A stretch of DNA of 64,000 nucleotides from Marinicella sp. Lineage in GTDB: Bacteria; Pseudomonadota; Gammaproteobacteria; Xanthomonadales; Marinicellaceae. The position numbers were made by a program, and so were the translations under genes. Every line of letters begins with the position of its first letter. Position 1 is the stretch's first letter. Below the pieces are notes generated by a model that saw nothing but the letters and a program-made list of their open reading frames with translations, did no database searches and was not told where the DNA came from. The stretch covers positions 1,920,001 through 1,984,000 of the forward strand of contig OZ246001.1 in the NCBI GenBank assembly GCA_965230295.1. Reading direction: 5' to 3'. Of the stretch, positions 18,182 to 26,702 are shown one piece after another.

Positions 18182-18209
18182 ATATAGGGGCAACTGCTGA
18201 TTTTTAAAG
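18182..18209 (-). promoter_or_regulatory. Possible sigma32-like promoter of slyD
   Basis: CTTTAA-N13-CCCCTATAT on the minus strand. Confidence 0.35.
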
Positions 18210-18255
18210 GACAGTCCGGTTTTCAGGGTCAATTAATCATAAATAATATGGTTTT

Positions 18256-21200
18256 TTATAGGGCCATGGCATTTTCCTTCAACACTGTCCTCAGTCTAAG
18301 CAACAGTTCATCGGCATGTTGTTGGTTGAAAGTGATGGGAGGCTTGATCTTGATGACGTTGTGATCGGGGCCATCGGTGCTGATCAGGATACCCAATTCT
18401 CGCATGCGGTTGGCCAGGTAGTCAGCTTGCCTGGGCAATGGGTTGAGCTCATCATCACACATTTCAAAACCCAGAAACAAACCTTGGCCACGCACGTCTT
18501 TAATGATTGGAAACTCAGTCATCAGTTGGTCCAGTTCTTGTTTGAGGTAATGACCGGTTTGTTGGGCGTTGTGTTGTAGGTTTTGATCTTTGATTTCCTG
18601 TAATACGGCATGACCAATGGTGGCTGAAACGGGGTTGCCGCCAAAAGTGTTGAAATACTCCATGCCATTGGCAAAGCGATCGGCCACTTCACGGGTGCAG
18701 ACCACCACGGCCAATGGGTGACCATTACCGATCGGTTTACCGATGCACAAGATATCGGGCACCACACCATGGGGTTCAAAAGCCCAAAAGTGACTGCCAA
18801 TGCGACCACAACCAACTTGAACTTCATCGGCAATACAGACGCCTCCAGCTGCACGCACAGCCTGGTAGGCCAGGCTTAAATAGCCTTCCGGCAATTCAAT
18901 CTGGCCACCACAAGAAACAATGCTTTCAGCAATCAATGCCGAAACTTGTTGGCCATTGGCTTTGAGTTGGTTGATTTGTTGGCTGACGTATTCAGCATAG
19001 GCAGGTCCCGCATTTGCGCCGCGATGGCGTCCGCGGAAGGCATCGGGCAGGGGTACGATGTGGGTGTTGGTTGGGGCACCTTGACCGCCTTGGCCATCGA
19101 ACTTATAGGAGCTGATGTCAATGCAGGCGTTGCTGTTACCATGGTAGCCGGATTCCAGGGCGATCACGTGATCACCTCCAGAATAGGCTTTGGCCATGCG
19201 CAAGGCCAATTCATTGGCTTCAGAACCTGAGTTCACCAAATGCACCACCGACAGTTCTTCAGGTAGGGTAGCCAACAAGGCTTGGGTGAACTGATTGATC
19301 GCTGGGTGCAGGTATCGACTGTTGGTGTTCAGTACAGCCATTTGTGCCTGACCGGCAGCCACCACACGTGGGTTTTCATGCCCCACATGGGCGACGTTGT
19401 TACAGGTGTCGAGGTATTTCTGGCCCCATTGATCGATCAGATAAACATCATCACCACGCAACATTTGGATGGGTTCTGAATAGGACAGACTCAGTGATTT
19501 TCCCAGGTGTTGGTGACGATAATCAATCAATTCCTGATTGTTGGCCGGTTGTGTGGTGTTGATTCTGGCATCAAACAACAGCATCGGATTTGGGCACAAG
19601 TCGGCGTACACTGTTGCTTCTTTCGGGGTACAAGCACCAGGGAAATCATGTTCATGGCCTAACATGTCATGCATGATCTGAAAATGCAGGTGCGGACTCC
19701 AGCCACCGTTTTCATGCGGTTCACCCACCCAGGCCAACAGTTGCCCTGAAGACACCAAGTCGCCCAAAGTTAAATGGTCAAGGGTCTGTCTGCTGAGGTG
19801 TCCATACAAAGTAAAAAAGGTCCCACCAGGATATTCATGTTGCAAGATGACTGTGGGGCCATAGTTGCGTTGAGAATCGTTGTCTTTCAGCCCAACCACT
19901 GTACCTGTTAGTGGTGCATGGATGGCGGTCTTGGCAGGTAGCCACACATCCAAACCCAAATGTATGGTGCGGTATTCTTTGCCATTATTGCCCTCACTGC
20001 TGAAGGCGTCAGCGGCATAAAACGAACGGGCTTCTAAATAGCCGCCGGCCAGGAATTTTTCAGGTTGTTGACGTTGTGCGCGCTCAAGTTTAAAAGCTTG
20101 TTCAGCATGGCTTTCATAATCGGCTGCAGCGCCTAACAAGGTACTGGCCACGCTGAGGTCAACCGCAAAGACGTCATGCTTATCAGGGTGTTCTGGTAAC
20201 AGGGTGGACAGGCGGATACGTTGTGCAGACAGGTGATCTTGTAGGGCTTGGGTGTTGGGATGCGCGCTGAAGCCGCAGGCTGCCCTGAATGAATAATGTG
20301 CCATTTGTGCTGGGATGTTTTGCCACAAGGCCAGTAAATCCCAGGCGGGTTGTTCGCTGACAGATTTGTAAGCGTTGTCCGGATCAGTGTCTCTGGCCAA
20401 TGCTGAATGGGTGACACTGACCACCAAACGCATGCCAATCAAATGATACAAGTGCAGTAATTCTTGTTCTTGCAACGGCAGAATCTGATGGTACCCTCTG
20501 ATGATTTCAACCGCTGCATACAGTGGATCCGGTTTTTTCATCATGGCGTATGCACAGGTGATGGCCAGTTCGTTGATCAATTGGGTGCTGATGGCGTCGC
20601 CAAAGTCAATGAAACCAGTCACGACATCCTGTGCCACCAACACATTGTTGTCGTTCAAGTCATTGTGGATGACCTGTTTTCTTAAGTTTTGGTAGCCTTT
20701 AAGCAGTGATTCAAACAAAGCAATGAAATGAGACAGGGTGTTTTGTTGTGCAGTTGAGAATCGCTGCAGGTGATCTTTGGTCCACAAACATTGCGCCAAA
20801 TCCCAACTGAATTTACGGTTGGCTTCCGGGTGATGGAAAGTGCTCAATGACAAGTCCATGGCCGCGGTCTGTTGGCCCAAGTGCAGCATCATGCGTTGGC
20901 TGTGTGGCAGAAAGCCCGAGATCAATGAACCATCCACCCAGGTCAAGATCCGCATCACAATCAGTTGCTTTTCTGCCGGAATTTCGCAAACAGTCAGCCA
21001 TTCACCCTCTTGGTTTAACACGGGTTCAGGCAAGGCCAACCCGGGTTGAGGGTGTTGTTTGACATGTTGCATCAAGGCCGCTTCAAAAGCAAAATGATCG
21101 AGGGTGTCGACCTGACTGATTTTAACCGTGTATTGTGCTGTCTGTGTGGCCAATCTGAAGTTGACATCGACATCACCAACCAAGCGGGTGAGTTCACCAC

Positions 21201-21267
21201 TGAGATGGTGGTGTTTTTCTAGCCAGTCAACCACTTGCGTGGCTGTGATTGAAGCTGCTTTTTTCAT
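18256..21267 (-). CDS. Fusion of APH/hydroxylysine-kinase-like phosphotransferase, M23 peptidase-like domain and class-III PLP aminotransferase/phospho-lyase
   Basis: Kinase IHNDLNDNN and IDFGD; M23 HLGLD, LYGHL and PHLHF; AT-III NSGSEANELA, IADEVQVG, IGKPIGNG and FNTFGGNP. Confidence 0.88.
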   Translation of the reverse strand: MKKAASITATQVVDWLEKHHHLSGELTRLVGDVDVNFRLATQTAQYTVKISQVDTLDHFAFEAALMQHVKQHPQPGLALPEPVLNQEGEWLTVCEIPAEKQLIVMRILTWVDGSLISGFLPHSQRMMLHLGQQTAAMDLSLSTFHHPEANRKFSWDLAQCLWTKDHLQRFSTAQQNTLSHFIALFESLLKGYQNLRKQVIHNDLNDNNVLVAQDVVTGFIDFGDAISTQLINELAITCAYAMMKKPDPLYAAVEIIRGYHQILPLQEQELLHLYHLIGMRLVVSVTHSALARDTDPDNAYKSVSEQPAWDLLALWQNIPAQMAHYSFRAACGFSAHPNTQALQDHLSAQRIRLSTLLPEHPDKHDVFAVDLSVASTLLGAAADYESHAEQAFKLERAQRQQPEKFLAGGYLEARSFYAADAFSSEGNNGKEYRTIHLGLDVWLPAKTAIHAPLTGTVVGLKDNDSQRNYGPTVILQHEYPGGTFFTLYGHLSRQTLDHLTLGDLVSSGQLLAWVGEPHENGGWSPHLHFQIMHDMLGHEHDFPGACTPKEATVYADLCPNPMLLFDARINTTQPANNQELIDYRHQHLGKSLSLSYSEPIQMLRGDDVYLIDQWGQKYLDTCNNVAHVGHENPRVVAAGQAQMAVLNTNSRYLHPAINQFTQALLATLPEELSVVHLVNSGSEANELALRMAKAYSGGDHVIALESGYHGNSNACIDISSYKFDGQGGQGAPTNTHIVPLPDAFRGRHRGANAGPAYAEYVSQQINQLKANGQQVSALIAESIVSCGGQIELPEGYLSLAYQAVRAAGGVCIADEVQVGCGRIGSHFWAFEPHGVVPDILCIGKPIGNGHPLAVVVCTREVADRFANGMEYFNTFGGNPVSATIGHAVLQEIKDQNLQHNAQQTGHYLKQELDQLMTEFPIIKDVRGQGLFLGFEMCDDELNPLPRQADYLANRMRELGILISTDGPDHNVIKIKPPITFNQQHADELLLRLRTVLKENAMAL

Positions 21268-21337
21268 GCAATCATTCCAACAATGAGACGGATTTTTTGG
21301 TATTGTAGTGCATGCCAATTATCTAGCGGGAGCTTAT

Positions 21338-22345
21338 ATGAAAAAGTTATTTTTAATGATGTGTTTATTCGGAGGCTTGGCCATGGCAGCAGAACAAAAT
21401 ATTTCAATCGTGATTCATGGTGGTGCCGGTACCATCAAGCGTGATCAACTATCCAGTCAACAAGAACAAAGCATTCGTCATGATCTGCAAGCGGCTTTGG
21501 ATGCAGGCTATGCAATCTTAGAACAAGGTGGTGATTCTACCCAAGCCATCATCGCAGCGATCAAAGTGATGGAAGATTCACCCCACTTTAATGCCGGCAA
21601 AGGTGCCGTTTACACCAAACCGGGTCAACACGAACTGGATGCGTCCATCATGCGCGGCAGTGATTTAGAAGCCGGGGCGGTGGCTGGCGTGTCATTCACC
21701 AAAAACCCAATCTTGGCAGCAGAACAGGTGATGCTCAACTCACCGCATGTGATGTTGGCTGGTAGCGGTGCCGATACTTTTTCAAAGCACAAAGGGCTCG
21801 AACAAGTTAAAAATGATTACTTTGACACCGAAGCTCGACACAAAGCCTGGCAAGAAGTGGATGCCAAAACGAAAGCCAAAAAACAGGAACAGGCATCAGA
21901 ACAGGATGTGCTGGATGCAGAATTCAAATTTGGCACAGTGGGTGCTGTGGCAGTGGATAAAAAAGGTGATTTGGCCGCAGGTACTTCAACAGGAGGCATG
22001 ACCTACAAGGCTTGGGGGCGCATCGGCGATTCTCCTGTGATCGGTGCAGGTACGTATGCCGATAACCGCAGTTGTGGAATTTCAGCCACCGGTCATGGTG
22101 AATTTTTCATCCGCTATGCAGTGGCCCATGACATCTGTGCACGGGTTCGTTATCAGAACAAATCTCTGCAACAAGCAGCCGATGAAGTGATCATGGGTGA
22201 GCTCAAAGCAGTGGGTGGCTCAGGAGGGATCATTGGTATGGACCCCGAAGGCAATCCAGTGATGGTGTTCAACACCCCTGGTATGTATCGTGGTTATAAA
22301 ACCGCTGAAACCTCCCAGGTGGGTATTTATGGGGATGAAGACTAG
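21338..22345 (+). CDS. iaaA: Isoaspartyl peptidase/L-asparaginase (Ntn hydrolase) with signal peptide
   Basis: IVIHGGAG, FNAGKG, G-TVGAVA (catalytic Thr), TSTGG, GRIGDSP and SATGHGE. Confidence 0.9.
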   Translation: MKKLFLMMCLFGGLAMAAEQNISIVIHGGAGTIKRDQLSSQQEQSIRHDLQAALDAGYAILEQGGDSTQAIIAAIKVMEDSPHFNAGKGAVYTKPGQHELDASIMRGSDLEAGAVAGVSFTKNPILAAEQVMLNSPHVMLAGSGADTFSKHKGLEQVKNDYFDTEARHKAWQEVDAKTKAKKQEQASEQDVLDAEFKFGTVGAVAVDKKGDLAAGTSTGGMTYKAWGRIGDSPVIGAGTYADNRSCGISATGHGEFFIRYAVAHDICARVRYQNKSLQQAADEVIMGELKAVGGSGGIIGMDPEGNPVMVFNTPGMYRGYKTAETSQVGIYGDED

Positions 22346-22388
22346 GGCCTGTTAACAAGGCCCTAAGCTGATTTTAGAGGCAAAAAAC

Positions 22389-22420
22389 AAGGCTGTGGAT
22401 GGTGCATCAACACAGCCTTT
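22389..22420. terminator. Hairpin between convergent genes
   Basis: AAGGCTGTG…CACAGCCTT with an A-tract on the left, giving a U-tract on the minus strand. Confidence 0.55.
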
Positions 22421-22438
22421 AACGAGGTAAAAATGAAA

Positions 22439-22840
22439 TTATTTGACTTTGTAAACCACCGTTTGCCAATCATCTGATTGGTTGCTGGAGGCATCAAAAG
22501 CCACGTAATAGGATTTGTCTGCTTCCACAGTGATCTTCATGGTGGTTTTTAAATCTTTCAAGCCACGACGTTCTTTCAGTCCCATGACTTGTTTGGTGTA
22601 GTCGCTGTTGATTTGGGTGCTGAATTTCAATTCATACTCACCAGGTGCCAACCAAACAGCGCCATCGCGAACGATGACATTTTCGCCATTAACCATTTGC
22701 AGCTTCACCGGGAACAACTGTTTGGCATTGTTGGCATGACTCATCACGATCTTGGCAGATGGATCACTGGGCGATGCAAAATTAAATGCAAAAGCCGCAC
22801 TAGAGAGGATTAAGGTAAAAAATAATGTGATTGTTTTCAT
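22439..22840 (-). CDS. Secreted hypothetical protein (beta-sandwich-like)
   Basis: Signal peptide ending AFA, LAPGEYEL and VEADKSYYV. RBS AGGAG. Confidence 0.75.
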   Translation of the reverse strand: MKTITLFFTLILSSAAFAFNFASPSDPSAKIVMSHANNAKQLFPVKLQMVNGENVIVRDGAVWLAPGEYELKFSTQINSDYTKQVMGLKERRGLKDLKTTMKITVEADKSYYVAFDASSNQSDDWQTVVYKVK

Positions 22841-23038
22841 GGTCTGCTCCTGAATTTTTATGTCTATAAGTTTCGTTCATACACTTTGGGTTATTAAATG
22901 TTACACCTACGAAACTGAATGTAGTCTGAATTTTTGCACGTCATACCCAAGTATTCAAGAAAATTTGAACTCAATCACTGGCTTGTTAATCGAGGGAATT
23001 TGAATTATGATTCGAGTTCACTATTGATAAAAGGAATT

Positions 23039-23779
23039 ATGATGTCAAAACCAATCAACATTGGTGAAATTTTTGAGCGCACCAACACCACGTTTCAAAC
23101 ACACTTTTCATACCTGGCAGCCTTGGCCGGTATTTTCATTGCACTGGGCTATTTGATATCGACAGTTGGTGAATCCTTGATCATGAAATTTGAGATGTCA
23201 GCCCTCATCATAGTGATGCTGATTTCAATCACTGTTTATGCCAAATTAGCCATCATGGTTCATCGGTTGGTGATACTGAATGAAAAGGGGTTTGGTTATA
23301 TTTTTCAATGGCGAAGTGTTGAATTGAAATTCATTGGCTGGATTTTGGCCATCATCGGTGTTCTGGCGGTGTTGATGTTTTTCACCATCAGAATCAGCTT
23401 GTCTGGTTCGCCTTCCCACACCGGAGGCGGTTTTGGATCTGGCCTACTGGTGGTATTGGCACTTATGGTTGTTTTAGGGGTCATATTCTCACGCTTTGCT
23501 TTGATTTTCCCAGCCACTGCGGCGAACAAAAAACTGACTTTGGGTGATTCTTGGCAATTGACTTCGCAGCATAAATTCTTCATGTTTTTTCTGGCCATTC
23601 TGGTGCCCTATGTCACCAACCGAATCTTTCAAAAAATATCAACAGAACAATGGCTTTTGGTGTTGTTGGTTGAAGTGTTGGCAGTTTTGGTCATCATCTA
23701 TGAGGTGGGTTTGATTTCACATGCTTATGAGGCATTGGGCAATGTCAAAGAAGACAATCACAGTGATCAGTCATCCTGA
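23039..23779 (+). CDS. Hypothetical multi-pass membrane protein
   Basis: About six TM helices, RFALIFPA and DSWQLT. AAGGA RBS before ATG 23039/23042. The stop lies inside a REP. Confidence 0.75.
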   Translation: MMSKPINIGEIFERTNTTFQTHFSYLAALAGIFIALGYLISTVGESLIMKFEMSALIIVMLISITVYAKLAIMVHRLVILNEKGFGYIFQWRSVELKFIGWILAIIGVLAVLMFFTIRISLSGSPSHTGGGFGSGLLVVLALMVVLGVIFSRFALIFPATAANKKLTLGDSWQLTSQHKFFMFFLAILVPYVTNRIFQKISTEQWLLVLLVEVLAVLVIIYEVGLISHAYEALGNVKEDNHSDQSS

Positions 23780-23915
23780 GTGCAGTCGAAGGATCTCCTG
23801 AATACAGCAGGCTTCTGGTATTACAGTAATTGGCAGTCGTTGGGAGATTCCTCCGCTCGCTTCACTCGGTCGGAATGACACGGGATTGTCACCCTAAGTG
23901 CAGTCGAAGGATCTC
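23770..23915. repeat. CGTC-type REP doublet plus an extra arm, on the 3' side of the GIY-YIG gene
   Basis: Arm A GTCATCCTGAGTGCAGTCGAAGGATCTCC (23770-23798), arm B GGGAGATTCCTCCGCTCGCTTCACTCGGTCGGAATGAC (23842-23879), and arm A' (23888-23915). Confidence 0.9.
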
Positions 23916-23931
23916 ATTAATTATGGAGTTG

Positions 23932-24219
23932 CTAGTATAAATCGGTGCCTAAATCTTTCCAGTCAGGATTGTGTGTGTTGATAAGATTGTCTTTTTTTCT
24001 TCGAGTCCACTTCTTTAGCTGCTTTTCTCTCGTTATGGCATTTTCGGGGTCATCGAATGTCTCATAATAAACCAGAAGATGTACGTTGTATTTACTGGTG
24101 AACCCTTTGGTTTGCTGCTGTTTGTGTTGATAAATCCGTTTGACTAAATTGCCAGTAATGCCGATATATAAAACGTTTTTATGCTTATTAGTAAGGAAAT
24201 AAACCCAATAATTTTTCAT
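23932..24219 (-). CDS. Small stand-alone GIY-YIG nuclease
   Basis: YWVYFL…LYIGIT…KRIYQHK, FTSKY, LVYYE, AITREKQLKKW and NPDWKDL. Confidence 0.93.
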   Translation of the reverse strand: MKNYWVYFLTNKHKNVLYIGITGNLVKRIYQHKQQQTKGFTSKYNVHLLVYYETFDDPENAITREKQLKKWTRRKKDNLINTHNPDWKDLGTDLY

Positions 24220-24287
24220 GGATTGAGCTTATCTAAAATTTATGTGGTTATTAATCCTATAAATTCTGAAAGTGGTGTAAAAAAAGT

Positions 24288-24397
24288 CGTCATCCTGAGC
24301 GCAATCGAAGGACCTCCTGACTTTGGTGATTACTTTGGGTGCTGAATTGGTTAGTCGTTGGGAGATTCCTCCACTCGCTTCACTCGGTCGGAATGAC
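24288..24397. repeat. CGTC-type REP doublet on the 5' side of the GIY-YIG gene
   Basis: CGTCATCCTGAGCGCAATCGAAGGACCTCC…GGGAGATTCCTCCACTCGCTTCACTCGGTCGGAATGAC, a direct repeat of the 23770-23879 arms. Confidence 0.9.
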
Positions 24398-24404
24398 ACT
24401 TGGC

Positions 24405-25544
24405 CTACTTAAACCATGGAACGGGATTGGTGGGGTCGGCGGCTTTGCGGATTTCAAAATAAACCCCGGGTGGATCGATGTTACCTGAGTTGCCAGCGGT
24501 GGCGATGACTTGATCGGCTTGAACCCAGTCGCCCACTTCAGCCAACAGGCTCTCGTTGTGTCCATATAGAGTCATGTACTCATCACCGTGGTCAATAACA
24601 ATCAGCAACCCATAACCACGCAACCAATCGGCAAAGGCCACCCGGCCATAAGCGGTGGCCAACACGTTCTCGCCAGCTTCGTCACCAATGACCACACCAT
24701 CCCAACGGCTGTAGCCTGCCCGCAATGAACGGTAAGAACGGATGATGTCACCAGAAAGGGGTTTGGTCAATTGGCCTTTTAGGCGAGCAAATGAAATGTT
24801 CTCACCCAGGTTTTCAGGGAGGTCATCCAGGTATTGGGTGATTTGTAACAACAGTTGATTCAGTCGAATGCTGTCTTGTTCCAGGGTTTCATTTTCTGAT
24901 TGATAGGCTTTGATGGTGTCACGTAAATTGGAGAGCACCACAGCCCGTTGTCGTTTTTTTTCCAACATGGCATCCTGTTCTGTTTTGAGCTGTGATTGTT
25001 CGCGTTCCAAATCGGCCTTTTGTTCGGTGATTTGAGCTTGATATTGCTCCAGTTGATTGATCTGCACAGCAATGCTTTCGATCAAATCATACAATTTATA
25101 TTGTAAATATTTGATCTGGTGCTGGGTGATTTCAGCATTGCGGGTGTTGGGGTTGAGCAGCATCATTTTCAGGATGCGGTCATGGTTGATAAAAATGTGT
25201 AACCGCAACAGTTCAGCCATTTGGTTTTTTTGTTCACTGATGCTGTCATTTTTCTGTTGGATTTCTAGCCCCAACACATTGATTTGTTGTTCAGCGGTGG
25301 CCACTTTGCTTTTGATGTCCCGAATTTTACGGCCTTGTAAGTTGATGCTCTGGTCTTGTGCTTCCAACTCCTTGATCAATTTGGCTTCTTCACCGGTGGC
25401 TTGATTCAGTTGATCTTTCAGGGCAATCAGTCGCTCCCGGATGTCAGCCAGTTGATTGTTGATGGCTGCTTCATCGACATCTTCCTGGGCTTCAACCGGA
25501 GTTGATACAGACCAGAAAATGAACAGAACAATCAATAAGCGCAT
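24405..25544 (-). CDS. envC: Murein hydrolase activator EnvC
   Basis: Signal peptide, long coiled coil and degenerate M23 (WDGVVI, LRGYGLLIVIDHG, LYGHN, VYFEIR). Divergent from yibN-secB. Confidence 0.85.
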   Translation of the reverse strand: MRLLIVLFIFWSVSTPVEAQEDVDEAAINNQLADIRERLIALKDQLNQATGEEAKLIKELEAQDQSINLQGRKIRDIKSKVATAEQQINVLGLEIQQKNDSISEQKNQMAELLRLHIFINHDRILKMMLLNPNTRNAEITQHQIKYLQYKLYDLIESIAVQINQLEQYQAQITEQKADLEREQSQLKTEQDAMLEKKRQRAVVLSNLRDTIKAYQSENETLEQDSIRLNQLLLQITQYLDDLPENLGENISFARLKGQLTKPLSGDIIRSYRSLRAGYSRWDGVVIGDEAGENVLATAYGRVAFADWLRGYGLLIVIDHGDEYMTLYGHNESLLAEVGDWVQADQVIATAGNSGNIDPPGVYFEIRKAADPTNPVPWFK

Positions 25545-25672
25545 GGGGTAATGGGGCACAACTTCAACTGACAACAGCGGCTCATGTTATCAAACTCATT
25601 GAACAGAAAAAACTGTTTTACTGATGATTCTGTTTCAAAGTCAGGTATATCCTCAGTTTTTCAGGGTTTAGA

Positions 25673-25700
25673 CTTGATTTTTTGTGCTGATACCTTATAT
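25673..25700 (+). promoter_or_regulatory. Possible sigma32-like promoter of yibN-secB-gpsA
   Basis: CTTGAT-N14-CCTTATAT. Confidence 0.35.
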
Positions 25701-25731
25701 TGTCCCTTTTTAATTTTTAGGCAGGAAAGCA

Positions 25732-26157
25732 ATGTCACAATTGGTCGAGTTTGTTGGTAACCACCCATTTATGGTGACGTTGTTCTTGGTGGTTTTATTC
25801 TTGTACTTAACGACTTTGTACAAGGAAAAGAGCAGGGCCTTTAACAATGTGACAGTTGACCAGTTAACCAGATTGGTCAATCAGGAAAATGCCCAAGTGA
25901 TCGATGTCAGACCCAAAGACGCTTTCGTGCAGGGTCATATTGTTAATGCCATCAACATGCCTTTAGAAGACCTCAAAGCAGGCAAAGTTAAAACTGATAA
26001 GCTGAAGAAAAAACCGGTGGTGGTTTACTGCCAAATGGGCAGAAGCTCAGTCACCGCGAGCCAACACCTCACTGAAGCCGGTTTTGAACAAGTGTTCAAC
26101 CTTCAAGGTGGTATCAATGCCTGGATCAGTGACAAACTGCCTTTGAGCAAAGCATAA
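25732..26157 (+). CDS. Membrane-anchored rhodanese-like protein (YibN-like)
   Basis: IDVR, GHIVNAIN, VYCQMG and LQGGINAW; lies upstream of secB. Confidence 0.88.
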   Translation: MSQLVEFVGNHPFMVTLFLVVLFLYLTTLYKEKSRAFNNVTVDQLTRLVNQENAQVIDVRPKDAFVQGHIVNAINMPLEDLKAGKVKTDKLKKKPVVVYCQMGRSSVTASQHLTEAGFEQVFNLQGGINAWISDKLPLSKA

Positions 26158-26216
26158 CTAACAACCATTTATTTGATAAAGGATCAATTGGTCCATTTTT
26201 TTATTAGGAAGCAATC

Positions 26217-26702
26217 ATGACAGAAGAAAATCAAGCAGCAGCCAATGCTGAAAACCAAGGACCAACCATGTCTTTGCAAAAAATTTATACCAAAGACGTT
26301 TCATTTGAGGCACCCAAAGCGCCACATATTTTCAATGAAAAAGGTCAACCTGAAATCAAATTAAACATGAACCAAAAAGTCAACAAGTTGGACGATGCGA
26401 CTTTTGAAGTGGCTTTAACGGCGACAGTCACTTGTACTGTCAATGAAAAAACCGCTTATCTGGTAGAAGTGTGTGTGGCCGGTGTCTTCTCGATGCAAGG
26501 ATTTGATGACCAAGCATTACACCAAACTTTGGGCGTTTACTGCCCTAACGTATTGTTCCCTTACGTTCGCCAACAAGTCAGCGACATGGTCATGGCTGGT
26601 GGTTTCCAACCTTTGATGTTGCAACCGGTAAACTTTGAGCAAATGTACGCCCAACAAATGCAACAGGCACAAGAACAAGCTGCTTCAAGTACCAAGCAAT
26701 AA
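26217..26702 (+). CDS. secB: Protein-export chaperone SecB
   Basis: QKIYTKDVSFEAP, CPNVLFPYVR and GGFQPLMLQPVNFE. Confidence 0.97.
   Translation: MTEENQAAANAENQGPTMSLQKIYTKDVSFEAPKAPHIFNEKGQPEIKLNMNQKVNKLDDATFEVALTATVTCTVNEKTAYLVEVCVAGVFSMQGFDDQALHQTLGVYCPNVLFPYVRQQVSDMVMAGGFQPLMLQPVNFEQMYAQQMQQAQEQAASSTKQ

Noticed and set aside
23770-24397. Repeats as a CRISPR array
   Set aside because: The units are inverted palindromic arms with irregular spacing, not equal direct repeats with unique spacers, and no cas genes are present.
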